64,000 nucleotides of DNA, taken from assembly GCF_963676685.1 (NCBI RefSeq), contig NC_092349.1, forward strand, positions 69,688,001-69,752,000. Direction: 5' to 3'. The notes beneath the pieces are model-generated. The model was given only the letters and a program-made list of their open reading frames with translations, made no database searches and was not told the DNA's origin. Source of the stretch: Mytilus edulis (taxonomy: Eukaryota). A program made the position numbers and the translations under genes. Shown in pieces: positions 1 through 11,927 of this stretch; position 1 is the stretch's first letter; each line of letters starts with the position of its first letter.

Positions 1-37
1 ATATTGCTAATATTAATGTTAAGCTTCGGATATTTAA

Positions 38-296
38 GGTGGTACCTAACACTTTCACTAAAATTAGTTTGGCTCGTTTAATTTCAATAAAATTTTGACA
101 AAGTATTTACTTTGACCCTTTAACAAAAATATAAAAATTTCAAAAATTTTGAACCAACCGTTTAGTCAGAAAAAATACACTGGTTATATAGCAGTTTGAC
201 AAGCACCAATTTTAATCATTAAGAAGCTTAATATTCACTTTACAACACAACGTAATTAAAACGTTTAGCTGACTCCCTGTAGCGTTAGGTACTACT
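38..296. mobile_element. MITE with TTAA target duplication (Kolobok-like termini)
   Basis: TTAA|ggtggtacctaacact ... agcgttaggtactact|TTAA; 13/16 inverted match. Confidence 0.7.
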
Positions 297-1813
297 TTAA
301 CCTGTCGTGCATTGGAATAGAGTGGTGGTCAAATGCTTGTGTTTGTTTGTTGCTTTTATCCAGCAACATTGAACATTAATTTCAAAACAGTTCGTCATTG
401 TAAAATACACTTTGGCCATAACCATATATAAATGGGGGACATAAAATAATTGTAACATCAGTGCACCTGTAGGACAAATGTCAAATGAACCCTGTCCACA
501 AAGGAATGTCTCGTCCTCCTGCTTGCAACTCAAAATATCTCTAAACAAGTGTCAAGAAAAGAGCCATCTCTGATCGACAGTATACACTTGCCATGATCAC
601 ATGACTGTAGTCTGTTTCCGATTGTCGTGATCGTTTTGCCCTATAGTCTGGTCTGTATAATTGATTTGATAATTGAACTAGGGTTAGCATTTATATCGTA
701 CTGCTGATGGTAAAAAACTTGCTTCTGTAAATGTCCTTGTAATTCATGAATAAAGTTTGAATCCCATTAAAGGTTTACAGTGGCTGTATGCGGGAGAAAG
801 GAAGAAAGACCACGTTCACAAGTTGTCTTACCTTTGTTTTTCTCTCTTTATTTTTTTAAATAAAAATAAAAATAAACCTTTCAAATGTAGAGTTCATAAG
901 ATAAAAATATTCCCTATGGAACCCTTCCCCACTTTTTTTTTTTTTTTGGTGCTCTCCATTTTCAACCCTCGAATTTAGCTTTCCAATCTAATTAAAATTA
1001 AAACCTTGCTTTCTAACCAATTTATTCATGTAACGGACCGGCAACTTTCTATATTTAATAAGAAAATATACAGTGCCATTATACACATGCATGTTGTATG
1101 CTTCGAGTCCCAGCCCGAAAAGAAAGAAATAGCCTTAACTCCAAGATACTATATTCCTGCATCACGTGATTTTTACCAGGTGGAGCTTACATTAAAATAA
1201 ATACCGAATATGAAAAGTGAAACTGAAATCCAAAACATAAATTCTGAAGGCACATAGAAGAAAAAGAAGGTTATTTTCGGCAAAGGGTGCCGGGGTAATC
1301 ATCTCGGTGTTCAAAATATACATGAAACATTTGCCACTGTCCCTTGTCTGTTCTATGAATTAAAACCCTGAGTTTTCTATCTGTTACATGCCAAGAAATC
1401 CTCGCTAAAAATTCCAGTCGACCCCCTACCGCACCCATTAGTAGTTAAAGATTTGATTTCATTCAACACATTAATGTATGACCTGCATGTGCGTGTCGCT
1501 TAGAACACGGCCATATACTAAATGGTAAATATTAATCATCCATTTAATTTGCTCTATGCGATGTTCGCAAAATTTCATCGGAGACAATTTCGTGGCATGG
1601 CGCATGAGGTCTAAGTCTATATCTGAACGGTTTATGTCTGTTATGAAACTTTATGCTCAGGGGAGATCTTTGATAGTCTCAGTAAATATATTCATAACTT
1701 AACTCAGGATGACATAGAGTGTGATAGATGACAGAGACTCTTCCGTTTTGTTGAACATCGTATGTTGATCTCGGAGATGTCTTTTGAGGGTTCCTTGTGT
1801 TGTTTAGTTAAAG

Positions 1814-1926
1814 TATAAAAAAGAAGATGTGGTATGATTGCCAATGAGACAACTATCCACAAAAGACCAAAATGACACAGACATTAACAACTATAGGTCA
1901 CCGTACGGCCTTCAACAATGAGCAAA
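1814..1926 (+). repeat. High-copy interspersed repeat family A (others ~12730-12940, ~28135-28290, ~57330-57610; inverted ~44260-44340, ~58240-58450)
   Basis: Shared AAGATGTGGTATGATTGCCAATGAGACAAC...CCGTACGGCCTTCAACAAT. Confidence 0.8.
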
Positions 1927-2172
1927 GGTTCATTGACTTTCCCTTAATTTGTATATAGCATGCTTTTATATCAATCACAAACAGCCAAAACTTTGCTTAT
2001 AGTTTGCTAAAAAGGGGTGACATTTGGTAATTTTTGTTTGCCGGATGTGGTTCATTGACTTTCCCTTAATTCGTCTATAGCATATACTTTTTATATCAAT
2101 CACAAACAGCAAAAACTTTGCTTATAGTTTGCGAAAAAGGGGTTCCATTTGGTCATTTTTGTTTGCTGGATC
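1927..2172 (+). repeat. ~122-bp tandem duplication
   Basis: Two near-identical copies starting GGTTCATTGACTTTCCCTTAATT. Confidence 0.85.
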
Positions 2173-2758
2173 TTGATGAGTTGACTTTAATTTAAAGAGA
2201 AGCGAAATATATCGAATTAACATTCAAACTAGCCATAGCAAAAAAAGAAAAAGACAGAAAGGCAAACAACTATATACAAAACACAATATAGAAAACTGAA
2301 GACTGCTCGAGCAACACGAGCCAAACCACAAACCGGTATTCTTCCTAACTAAAACATAATATATTCCTTTTAACTATAAGTACTTGTAGCTCTTTATAAC
2401 CTGATCAAGATATGAAAAGTACAAGGATCTCGGTCATACTCTTTACTGTTTAACATTGCAGTATCAAGTTAAATCGTCGTTATTTTTGCTTCTGAGTGCT
2501 TTTTAATATGATAAATGTGGCGTAAACACTTAATTTTAACAATTTTCCTCAATAATTCTTTAGTTACATCATCCAAAATTAATGGTTATGTTTTTCTTGT
2601 TTCGATGACTCTACCAGAGGTTGTGCATTTCAAAAAAATATTTCAATTCACAAGACGCCTCCCTGTGTGTGCACGTGATCTTGTCGAAACTACAACCCTA
2701 GGCTTAAAGAAGAGTGGTCGCTTGTTAATCAGTTTAGTTAACGTTGACACTGTTCATA

Positions 2759-4836
2759 ATGATAGATACGTGTTCACTGTTTCTACTCTTGGGACTCCTT
2801 GTATCATATGGAGAAAATATAAAAGCAATTCAAAACATTACCTTGGACGGAAGTAAATTGGTAACCGTTGATATGTTGGATGCTTTGAGGACAAATTTGA
2901 CGAACTTAGCAACAGAACTAATCGAACATAGTAAGTATTCACATTTGCTATTTCAAATTCTATACTCTTCTTCTTGTGGGTATAGTATAATGTTATTTGT
3001 GCATATATGTGTGAACCGCGATGGTACTCCGAACAGCGATGGTCACGCTGAAGTGCGATGATTGGACGCTGACTAGTGCGTTTTTGACTATGCTGAAGTG
3101 CGATGGTGACATTGTGGAAAAACATAAAGGGTATATAACCAGTATAATTTAAAACAGTCGACATGGTAAATGGTCATTGCATTTCCAGTCCTAACTGTTA
3201 CGATGTAGTGTACTTTGTAAATAGCCAAGACAACAAAAAAAGCAGTCGTTCATACAATCGTTCAAAAATTGACCACTATGTAAGCTACATACGAAGGTTA
3301 TTTTCCTTTACAACCAGAAATAATTGTAATGACTGAAAAACGTGGAAGTTGTTTGAAATGCAAATACTTCTTGATTAGGCAGAACGAAACAAAATAAGCG
3401 AAACATCTATATGACTGCAGTGAATGAAGACAACAAATGAGATAGATCACCCGGTAGATGGTTTTTACTGCAACTGGAGAAAATATTGAATGTCTGGTAT
3501 TTCTATATACTAACTAATTTAAACTCTCATAATAATTGGACATCTGTGTATATACATTTTAAACTAGTATTCACGCATCTAATAGACAATCGCACATCAG
3601 CGAAAGGTCCAGCATACGTCGGCGTAGAACATCGCATTTCAGCACGACTATCGCACTTCAGCGTCCAAATCGCACCTCCGAGTCCTACATATGTATATAT
3701 GATCTCTCTTTCTCACCAAGTTGAAACCGTAACCTGCATTTATTAAAAATCCACACTACACCACATCTTATCAGGCGCTCCCTCCTCCAAAAATAAAAAC
3801 CAACAAAAACCAGAACAATCGTGGTACCATTCTTATTGTAAAACATTGTTGTAGAAGATAACTCACTCGAAGGAAAAATTACCATTTATGTTACAAGCTT
3901 ATAAATATCTTAACTGCTGGAAAATACAACTTAATAAAAATACAACTTAATAATACTAAAAACATGAAAAAAATATTGAATCGGCTACACTCTGTCCATT
4001 TTGATTCGAAACACAAACAAAACTCCGGTCAATTCAAGAAATTTTAATTTGGAGTAAATAATATGAATTTCGTTCTGACACGCTCTTTAAGTTTACAGCG
4101 GTGCGTGATGGTGTCCGTTTGGATTTTGAACAAATGTCAGATACAGGTCGGTTGTAAGGTGTATATCCGCAACAATTGTTATGGTATCCATGGATTGTTG
4201 TGGTTCCCATTCCCGTTTCGAATCAGTTAAGTTGTGTAAGTTCTGAAATCCTTGCGTGCATTTATTATTGGGATATTTGAAGAATGAACAATAATGCGAG
4301 ATTAATCATTGCTATTTCATAGAAATCTGAAAAATTCTTATGTCGGTATGCAGTTGTTTTTCACAGGGAATATTATTGGTTTAACTCGGCTTATATCTAT
4401 ATTTGTTTCAGATTCTAAGATGGACAAGCCGATTTTCTTCCATGCAAAGATGCCTGCAGCTAAAGTAGATTACAACAAAAACTCCATTGTGAAATTTAGC
4501 AGTATTTTAAACAATGATGGAGATATTTTTAACCATGGAGACAGTGTTTTTGTTTCACCTGTTACTGGCGTTTACTTATTTTCCTGGACAATGCTTACCT
4601 ACAGTGGGAAATCCATTAGTACTGAATTACGAGTAGACAATGTTGTTAAGGCAACACTCCATGCAAGTCTCGGTATGGCTGTTGGACATGTATCGGTCAG
4701 TAAAACTGCTATTTGTAGAGTAGATAAGAATGAACACGTGTGGATACAGACTGGTGATTCTTACATAGGAAACGGTTTTGACTACGATGCCGGAAGTTCG
4801 AGTTCATTCATGGGTGCTCTCATATACAAGATTTAA
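2759..4836 (+). CDS. Secreted C1q-domain-containing protein, gene 1 (exons 2759-2930, 4412-4836; ~198 aa)
   Basis: Exon 1 MIDTCSLFLLLGLLVSYG (signal peptide-like) plus heptad-like LDALRTNLTNLATEL, ending CAT A|gtaagt. Acceptor tttcag|AT is frame-compatible (phase 1). Exon 2 has gC1q motifs (FFHA, IVKFSSILNNDG, FVSPVTGVYLFSW, VWIQ, SSFMGALI). A small additional exon cannot be excluded. Confidence 0.85.
3010..3689. mobile_element. Non-autonomous element with TGT...ACA ends and 4-bp TSD (Ginger-like), in the gene 1 intron
   Basis: TATG|tgtgaacc ... gtcctaca|TATG. Several GCTGAAGTGCGAT motifs near the left end and their inverse ATCGCACTTCAGC near the right end. Confidence 0.72.
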
Positions 4837-6792
4837 ACACACGAATCGAAAGATACGTTTGAAATGGATTTACAATTTCATTACGATGACCATCAGTTTA
4901 CTAGTCACTTGCTTTTCTTATATCTTGTACTTTGTGTCATAATCGTGTTTTTATAAACTGACATCCATAATGTTCCATTAAATCCATATATACATTATTG
5001 GTTTATTATTTTATTTATAAATATATATATAATAGTAAATGTAACCTTTTGACAAGAATGGAATACGGAGATATGGAGTATTGAATCAATTTTAATTGTA
5101 AAGTTGAGTCATCTCTTCAAAAATAGAGGGATGCTATTAAGATTGGGTTGGTGGCTTTTTCACAGATTACTTTAGATAATGTTTCATTTGTCTAAGTCAC
5201 GAGTAACACCATGGATGGCACTAGTGGAACATAGATGTAATGGGTATTACATCTATGAGTGGAGCAAGGACCTTTTCAGATCACCTGAGTATATTTCCGA
5301 TTGTTGGTGGTGTTTATATCGCTATAAATCTTTAGTTTTGTGTATTGTTTTTATCATGTTTTGGCCCAATTTCCGGCGCAGAGCGCAAATCAGCTCCATA
5401 CTTAATACTTCGTATCACTACACTTAATATGTAGTGTAGTGTACTGAGTATATGGAACGGAAACGAGCGCTGTACAGAGATTGGTTTAAACTGAAGTACT
5501 TGCATTAAAATATACAGAAATGAATTTGAACATGTATTATGACCGTTTAGTTTTGTCTGCTATTTTTATAAACCTAAGACCACTAGTGTTTTTAGATCTT
5601 TTATGATGCAGTGAATACAAAATTTAGAAAAATTATCAAAAATTCATTTTCACCTGTATGTATAGTTATTTCATATTTTTCTACACCTGATTCATCCCAT
5701 AGTTTAGGAAATATTGTTTAGTAGATACCGTATACTATTGTTTGTTCAATCACACTGTTCAAATACATTGACTTAAGTAGGGTACTCAAAAGAGCAACCT
5801 AAATCCCGGAATGTAAATACCGTGCCACCTTAAGGGCTGGGTTTATGGCTATGATGTTGACGGTCTTTCTTTTGACTTTATGTTTGTGATTGCCATTGAC
5901 ATCTTTCTTTTTAGAAAAAAGTAGAACTGGTTCCAATTCTCTCCTTTGTCATTTCTTGTAGTCTTATACCACTGCATACTTGCACTGAAATATAGTTCCC
6001 AAGACTCGCCATGTTTGGTCAGTGCTTTTAGTTGTGTACTGATGCAATACAATAGACAACTTTCGAGTTCGATGCATTTCCATCACAAACTTTGGTTTTA
6101 GTGAACATCATTCGTGCGTTTAGGGCAATCGTCACTTCCGTTTCCATGTTGAGCGAGTGGTTGGAAAACTTGACTATATTAAATGCTATATTGCAGGAAT
6201 TATTCGGCAAATTGAATTCTCATAATTAACAATCAACACTGATGTTATTAGGGAATTGTGATTAAGTACCTACAGAAATGACATTATTTCTTGTTTATCC
6301 TGCACAATGACGATCACTAAGACGCTTGATGAACGATAATAGTACAGGGATACAGGCGATCCCCTGGTAAATGACGTCATAAAGGCGCGCATAATTGACG
6401 AATTTTTTTTCCGGTGGAGGACAAACTCGAAAGTGGTTTATTAAGATTGACATCTGTCATAATCTACAAAAATCAAAAACAAAGGTGGAGTTTTATTTGA
6501 CCAACTACCAAATTTTTTACCAAAATAATTGCGTTTAACTGCTGATTACACTAAACTTTTAAAGAGATTACTTCCTGTCTATGACTAATAAGGAGAAATA
6601 CATGTGGGTTCGTTAAATTAATCCACCATCTTGACCTTATTTATAATTTACTTGCAATGATTTGCACCCTTCAAAACAAAACATTTGTCCATTGAAGCTC
6701 GCACCAAAGGTATATTATTAGCCATTGATTGAAGACCGAAGAAACAAATAATACTTTAAAAAAAATATGCAAAAACACTTTTAAAAGGTGGT

Positions 6793-7051
6793 GGGACTCG
6801 TAGGTCGAGTGGTCTAAGTAATCGAACTACTATATCATTATCTCGTCAACACTGAGGTTGGGAGTTCGAATCCCGCACGTGGCAGGTGAACTCGACTCCA
6901 ATGTTAATTGACTAGGAATGTCAGTTTCGAAATTCCTACCAAATGTCAGTGGATCTTTCCAGGCACCCCGGCTTCAACCACCAATAGAAACTGACTGTCA
7001 CGAAATTTCGATAAACACCAATCAATCAATCGATCAATCAATCAATCAATC
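6793..7051 (+). mobile_element. tRNA-derived SINE (Meta/V-domain-like body)
   Basis: A-box-like GGTCGAGTGG, B-box GTTCGAATCC (6864-6873), body CCAGGCACCCCGGCTTCAACCACCAATAGAAACTGAC, (CAAT)n tail. Confidence 0.82.
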
Positions 7052-7382
7052 ATAAAATTGGAAAAGTGTCATGTCATTTATTGGGACCTTGGTTTATTTA
7101 AAATTTTGTTGCAAAATGGAAGTATAAATTTTGTCTAGTATTATAGATGAAATGTAAACTTAGTACTTTTAAGAGGAATCTTAAATTGGTATTCTTTCTG
7201 GTTGAAAAATGTAACCTTAAAATTTTGAATATGATTTTGATTAATTATCAAATAGCAATTTAAAAGAAGTTGCTCAGCGAATTAAGTGACCAGACACACA
7301 GCTAGCTCATGTTATCTTATGATAAAAACATCGCCTTTCTTTCTGTAAAATGGTAGCTATAGGTAAGTGAGTAAATAAGTCA

Positions 7383-8054
7383 TTTTTAACCGGATTTTTG
7401 TGACAAAAATGTCGGTTATTGATTTGGGGATATACGGCGGGCGGCCGGGCGGGCGGCAATCAAATGTTGACCCCCCCCCCCCCCCCCCCCCCAATGTTGT
7501 CCGTGCATTAACTCATGAACCATTCAACCAAAGCTTTTAAAATTTTAATATGTTATTAGGGAGCTACCATTTGATTTTTATGGAAAGGGGGGGGGGGGGG
7601 GGGGGGGGGGCTAGGATGAAATTTGAAAAAAAATAGGCAGGACAGGAGTTTTGAGTAAAAAAAAAAAGGCAGGATGAGACACTTTGCAAAAAAAAAAGGC
7701 AGGATGACAATTTAGGTAAAAAGAGTCAGGATAAACTAATAAAAAAAAGGCAAGACCGAATAGAGTGAAAAATAAAAAGGCAGGACAGAGATTACAACTA
7801 AAAAAAATGCAGGACAAAATTTTTCATCCTAGGCGTAAAATGGCGTTTCCATTCACGTTGTTACATTTACTCAATAACCATTCAATCTAAGCTTTTCAAA
7901 TTTTAATATGTTGATACTGATGACAAAATGGACGTCAAATTTGATATTGACGATTTTCACTTTCATCATTCATCAGTAAGGGTTCTTGTGATATTGCCAG
8001 GACACAAATAAATGTTAATAAATCCGGTTTGCTGTCGTTGTGACAGCCTCTTGT
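7383..8054 (+). mobile_element. pearl/DTC84/HINE-type (Helentron-associated) non-autonomous element with a nested insertion (~7556-7832)
   Basis: Sub-terminal inverted repeat AACCGGATTT...AAATCCGGTT, (GGCG)n microsatellite, internal repeat units, 3' hairpin GCTGTCG-TTG-TGACAGC, ends CTTGTT. The nested piece has a G-run and AGGCAGGA repeats. Confidence 0.7.
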
Positions 8055-8296
8055 TATTGAAATAAAGTCCAGACTATCATTAAATACAACAATTACAAAA
8101 TGAACACATATATGTGGTTATAGAATGGAACGAAATTATAAAATCAACAATACATTGAACAGACCAATTATCATCACTGAGTTAATTAGAGTTACGTCCC
8201 ATGTTATATATATATCTTAGTTATTACAAAGAATTTACAGGTTATCTCTCTTCGACTTCGTACTTTGTTTGGCCTGTTTAACATTTTTTTATTCGA

Positions 8297-8342
8297 GCGT
8301 CACTCTGATGAGTCTTTTGTAGACGAAACGCGCGTCTGGCGT
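8297..8342 (+). ncRNA. Minimal type I hammerhead ribozyme motif (2-nt CT insertion before the core)
   Basis: GCGUCA cu CUGAUGA GUC uuuugua GAC GAAA CGCGCG UC UGGCGU. Confidence 0.75.
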
Positions 8343-8645
8343 AAATCTAAAATTTCAATCCTGGTATCTCAGTACGATTAGCTTATTTACTACACAACAA
8401 TGGAAATATACTTTAATTCAGTAGAAATAAAATTTGTACACAAATGAAGCTAACTAGTAATATACGTCTTGTTTTAAAGACAGATTCATATCATACATTG
8501 TTGACACCTAAAATACATATTTTACATACTAGTACATCTAAGCCATTACTGCTTACTTTAAATCTAAATTTCTCAAACTCTAAAAAAAAATCAGAAAAAA
8601 GAAGTTATAACAGAAATAATGTTTCTAAATAGTTCTGCCCTTTGC

Positions 8646-11600
8646 TTTTTAACAGGATTTTCGAAGGAAAAATCGGTTATTGATTTGGGGATGTACGATG
8701 GGCGGGCGGGCGGCTGCTAAACAGTGTCCGTTCATTAACATCAGGCCTCTACATTAACATTTTTTCTAACTTGTCCCTTCGGACAAGTGGCAAGAAAATC
8801 AACTTGTCCGAACTCTTAACTCACTTGTCCGAATTCATAAATTACTAAGACAGCTTCGTGAAACTGGGCCAAGTTTTATAGATTTTTAAAAGACAATGTA
8901 TAAATGATGACATTTTTTTGGTACAAGTGAGTTGAATTCAATTTCCACTGATTTGGTTATAAAAGGCTAAAGGATAGAATCGTGCATTCTTGATATCAAT
9001 ACATCGATTTTTCATTGTTGACAAATCATGATAATCCGTCAACCTATAAAAATTAAGTTATAAGCAGGAAAAGGAGAATAGATAATTAGACTAGTAATAA
9101 TAAGATAAATTGCAAAATTGATATAATAAATGAGTGTAATTTATATAAATAAACGTATGACTATCCTAAGACCATCATAAAACACCTCTCGTATTGTCCT
9201 AACTTTATGACCAACTTTAAGAGGTGTCCTAATTTAGGACCACTTTGTGAAACCCACTTAGGACTAAGATATGTTGTAAGACCATCCTAAGACAGCTTCG
9301 TGAAACTGCGCCAAGTTTTATAGATTTTTAAAAGACAATGTATAAATGATAAATGGCATTTTGGATTTTTTTTTCTTTTCTTTGGTAAATTGTTTGAAGA
9401 ATTTTGTGGTAGGTTTGTTTGTTATTCTGTATAAACTAATTTTCTGAATGCTATATATATATAAGATAAGATAAGATATTTTATTTTCCAATTATGGGCC
9501 CCAAAGGGCATAAACATTACAACATCAATAATTTTTTCATAATACAATACAAACAATGAGATAAAAAAAAAAAAAAGTTAAACGAGAACTATTTAAGTTC
9601 TTAAAGAATACGTAGATAAAGAATCTATACTAATGCATTTTATTGCAAGTGTGGTTGATATAGATAACAAACAAGCAGCCCAAAAAGAAAAAAAGAAAAA
9701 TAGATATCCACATATGTATAGTACACAAAAAGTTGGATCAATTAAATATATAATAATTAGCCAAAAAGAAAGTAGAAATTAAACATGTCCATGACTCATC
9801 CTGTGTCAGCAGCAAATAGGAAAGCATTATGGTTTCCTAAAGGCAGCTGACACCAGGGGGCGATACCTTATGGGCCATAGGCATGTAAAATGTGTGTAAA
9901 TGTCTATTTCCTACCTGTATCAAAAGCAAACAAGGAAGCATCATAGGTAACTTGAATGCAGTTGATACTAGGGGACGATGCCTCAAGGATATAAGAGAAC
10001 ATTTGAATAAATAATATATCTTAACAATTATTTTTTTTTTTTAATCGGCTAGTATGTTTGTGATATTCAGATGAATATAATTTTCTATGTCCAATCAAAT
10101 GTATATACACACATAGATTTCCTTTAACTAATCTTCACTAAGGAAGATGTTTGTATATAAAATTACATATTATTTTAAGTAACTCAACATTTTCTACACT
10201 AAATAACCAGATAATTTTGCTTTGACTGTTCATATGATTAAAATAAGAATTATATTGTGCAATACTAGCTAACATACAATTTCTATCATCCTCAAATTTG
10301 TTACAATCAAGTAGAAAATGAGCCTCATCTTCGACAGTATTGGAAGAACATTTATTACATATTCTGTTAATTCGGGGAATACCCTGATATCTACCTAATT
10401 CTATTTGTAATCTATGAGAAGATACACGTAATTTAGTAAAACTTCTTCTAAGTTCAAAATTCTTGATCAATGTTAGATATTTTTCAAAACCAAAATTTGT
10501 TTTATATAAAAGGTAGGTTTTCAGTTTACTGTCTGAAAATTTATCTATTTGTTTTTTCCAACAGCTAATAAACAATATTGATAGCTTGGTTTGTATATAT
10601 TTCTTAAATTTGTATAAGGATTCACAAAATGGAGCATTTATGGCATTTGTATAGTCAATACCAAGTATTTTAAAAACAACATTTATTGAACCATACCATG
10701 ATGTTATATTCATGTGATGTAGTGTCTTTGATTGTGTATATGCCTCTTTTAATAGAGGAAAATTATTACCTAAATTCTCTAATCTATACCAGTACAATAA
10801 CATTCCTTTTATAATATTAAAATATATTGGAAATCTTCCAAGTTCAGATAACACTGCAGCATTTGTTGTTTTCTTGTGTACCCCAAGTATAAATTTACAA
10901 AATTTTATATGAAGTTTCTCATAGGGTAAACCTGAATACAATTTTTCAAAAGATATATCTTCCAATATATATATATATATATATCATTTTTTTTTATGAA
11001 GTAAACTCATTTAAAAACTAAGCATATATTGTCTATTGATAAAGATATATTAGATTTCTGATTTTGGGCCCTGTTTTCAAGTTAGTCCATATCGGGGTCC
11101 AAAATTAAACTGTGTTTGATTATAACATAAATTGTATATATATACATTGATATATAGGGTTCTTTGAAACGCTGAATCTAAACCTTTATTTATTTTCATT
11201 ATTAATTAGATAAGACCACATTGAGGTCCAAAGGGTCCTTAATTAAACTTTTGTTTAATTTCATCAAAAATTGAATTCTTCGGGATCTTTGATATGTTGA
11301 TTCTAACAATGTTTTAGTGGTTAAATCATATCTCATTTTAGAGAACTATTTTTGTTGATTACATTCATGGAAATAAGTTTGAGTTATTTCCCTTTGATTA
11401 ATAGATATTGTATTAATGATAAATGACATTTTGGATTTTCTTCTTCTTTTCTTTGGTAAATTGTTTGAAGAATTTGTGGTAGGTTTGCTTTTTATTCTGT
11501 ATAAGCTTATTTTCTGAATGCTATCCATATATTTTTTTGATGAAGCTAACTCCCTTAAAAACTAGTTTATTTTTTCTATTAATAAACATATATTCAGATT

Positions 11601-11927
11601 TCTGATTTTGGGCCCAGTTTTCAAGTTGGTCCAAATCGGGGTCCAACATTATACTGTGTTTGATTTCAACATAAATTGAATACATATAGGGTTCTTTGAA
11701 ATGCTGAATCTAAACCTGTATTTATTTCATTATTAATTAGATAATACCACATTGTCTAATTTCAATTCTTTGACCACATTTATTTTGGTTCAAAAACCTA
11801 TGCTGTGTCAAATATTCAATCACAATCCAAATTCAGAGCTGTTTTAAGCTTAAATGTTGTGTCCATACTTGCTCAACTGTTCAGGGTTCGACTTCTGCTG
11901 GAGAATCCGGTTTGCTGTCACTTAGTT
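8646..11927 (+). mobile_element. Second pearl/HINE-type composite element hosting internal duplications and the LINE
   Basis: Start AACAGGATTTT...TCGGTTATTGATTTGGGGAT...(GGCG)n as at 7383. End AATCCGGTTTGCTGTC. Internal direct duplication 9351-11220 vs 11421-11750. Confidence 0.55.
9462..10965 (-). mobile_element. 5'-truncated non-LTR retrotransposon (LINE): ORF2 C-terminus plus complete 3' UTR; clade uncertain (RTE-X-like suspected)
   Basis: Uninterrupted 275-aa frame 10965-10138 with post-RT motifs FCKFILGV, SELGRFP, LRVSSHRLQIELGRY and CCHC knuckle (CNKC...H....C). The 3' end has a GCCC-TTTG-GGGC hairpin, AATAAA and a (TCTTA)3 tail. Flanked by (TA)n on both sides. Confidence 0.88.

Noticed and set aside
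4309-4411. N-terminal extensions of the C1q ORFs in the ORF track (also 30232-30247, 43085-43121, 51100-51157)
   Set aside because: Intronic read-through upstream of the splice acceptors.
6793-6880. tRNA gene
   Set aside because: A/B boxes are present but there is no cloverleaf. The sequence continues into a SINE body with a (CAAT)n tail, and a second decayed copy exists.
10138-10965. Standalone 275-aa host gene
   Set aside because: It has no ATG (it starts at a TTG formed at the TA-tract junction) and is the C-terminus of a LINE ORF2.
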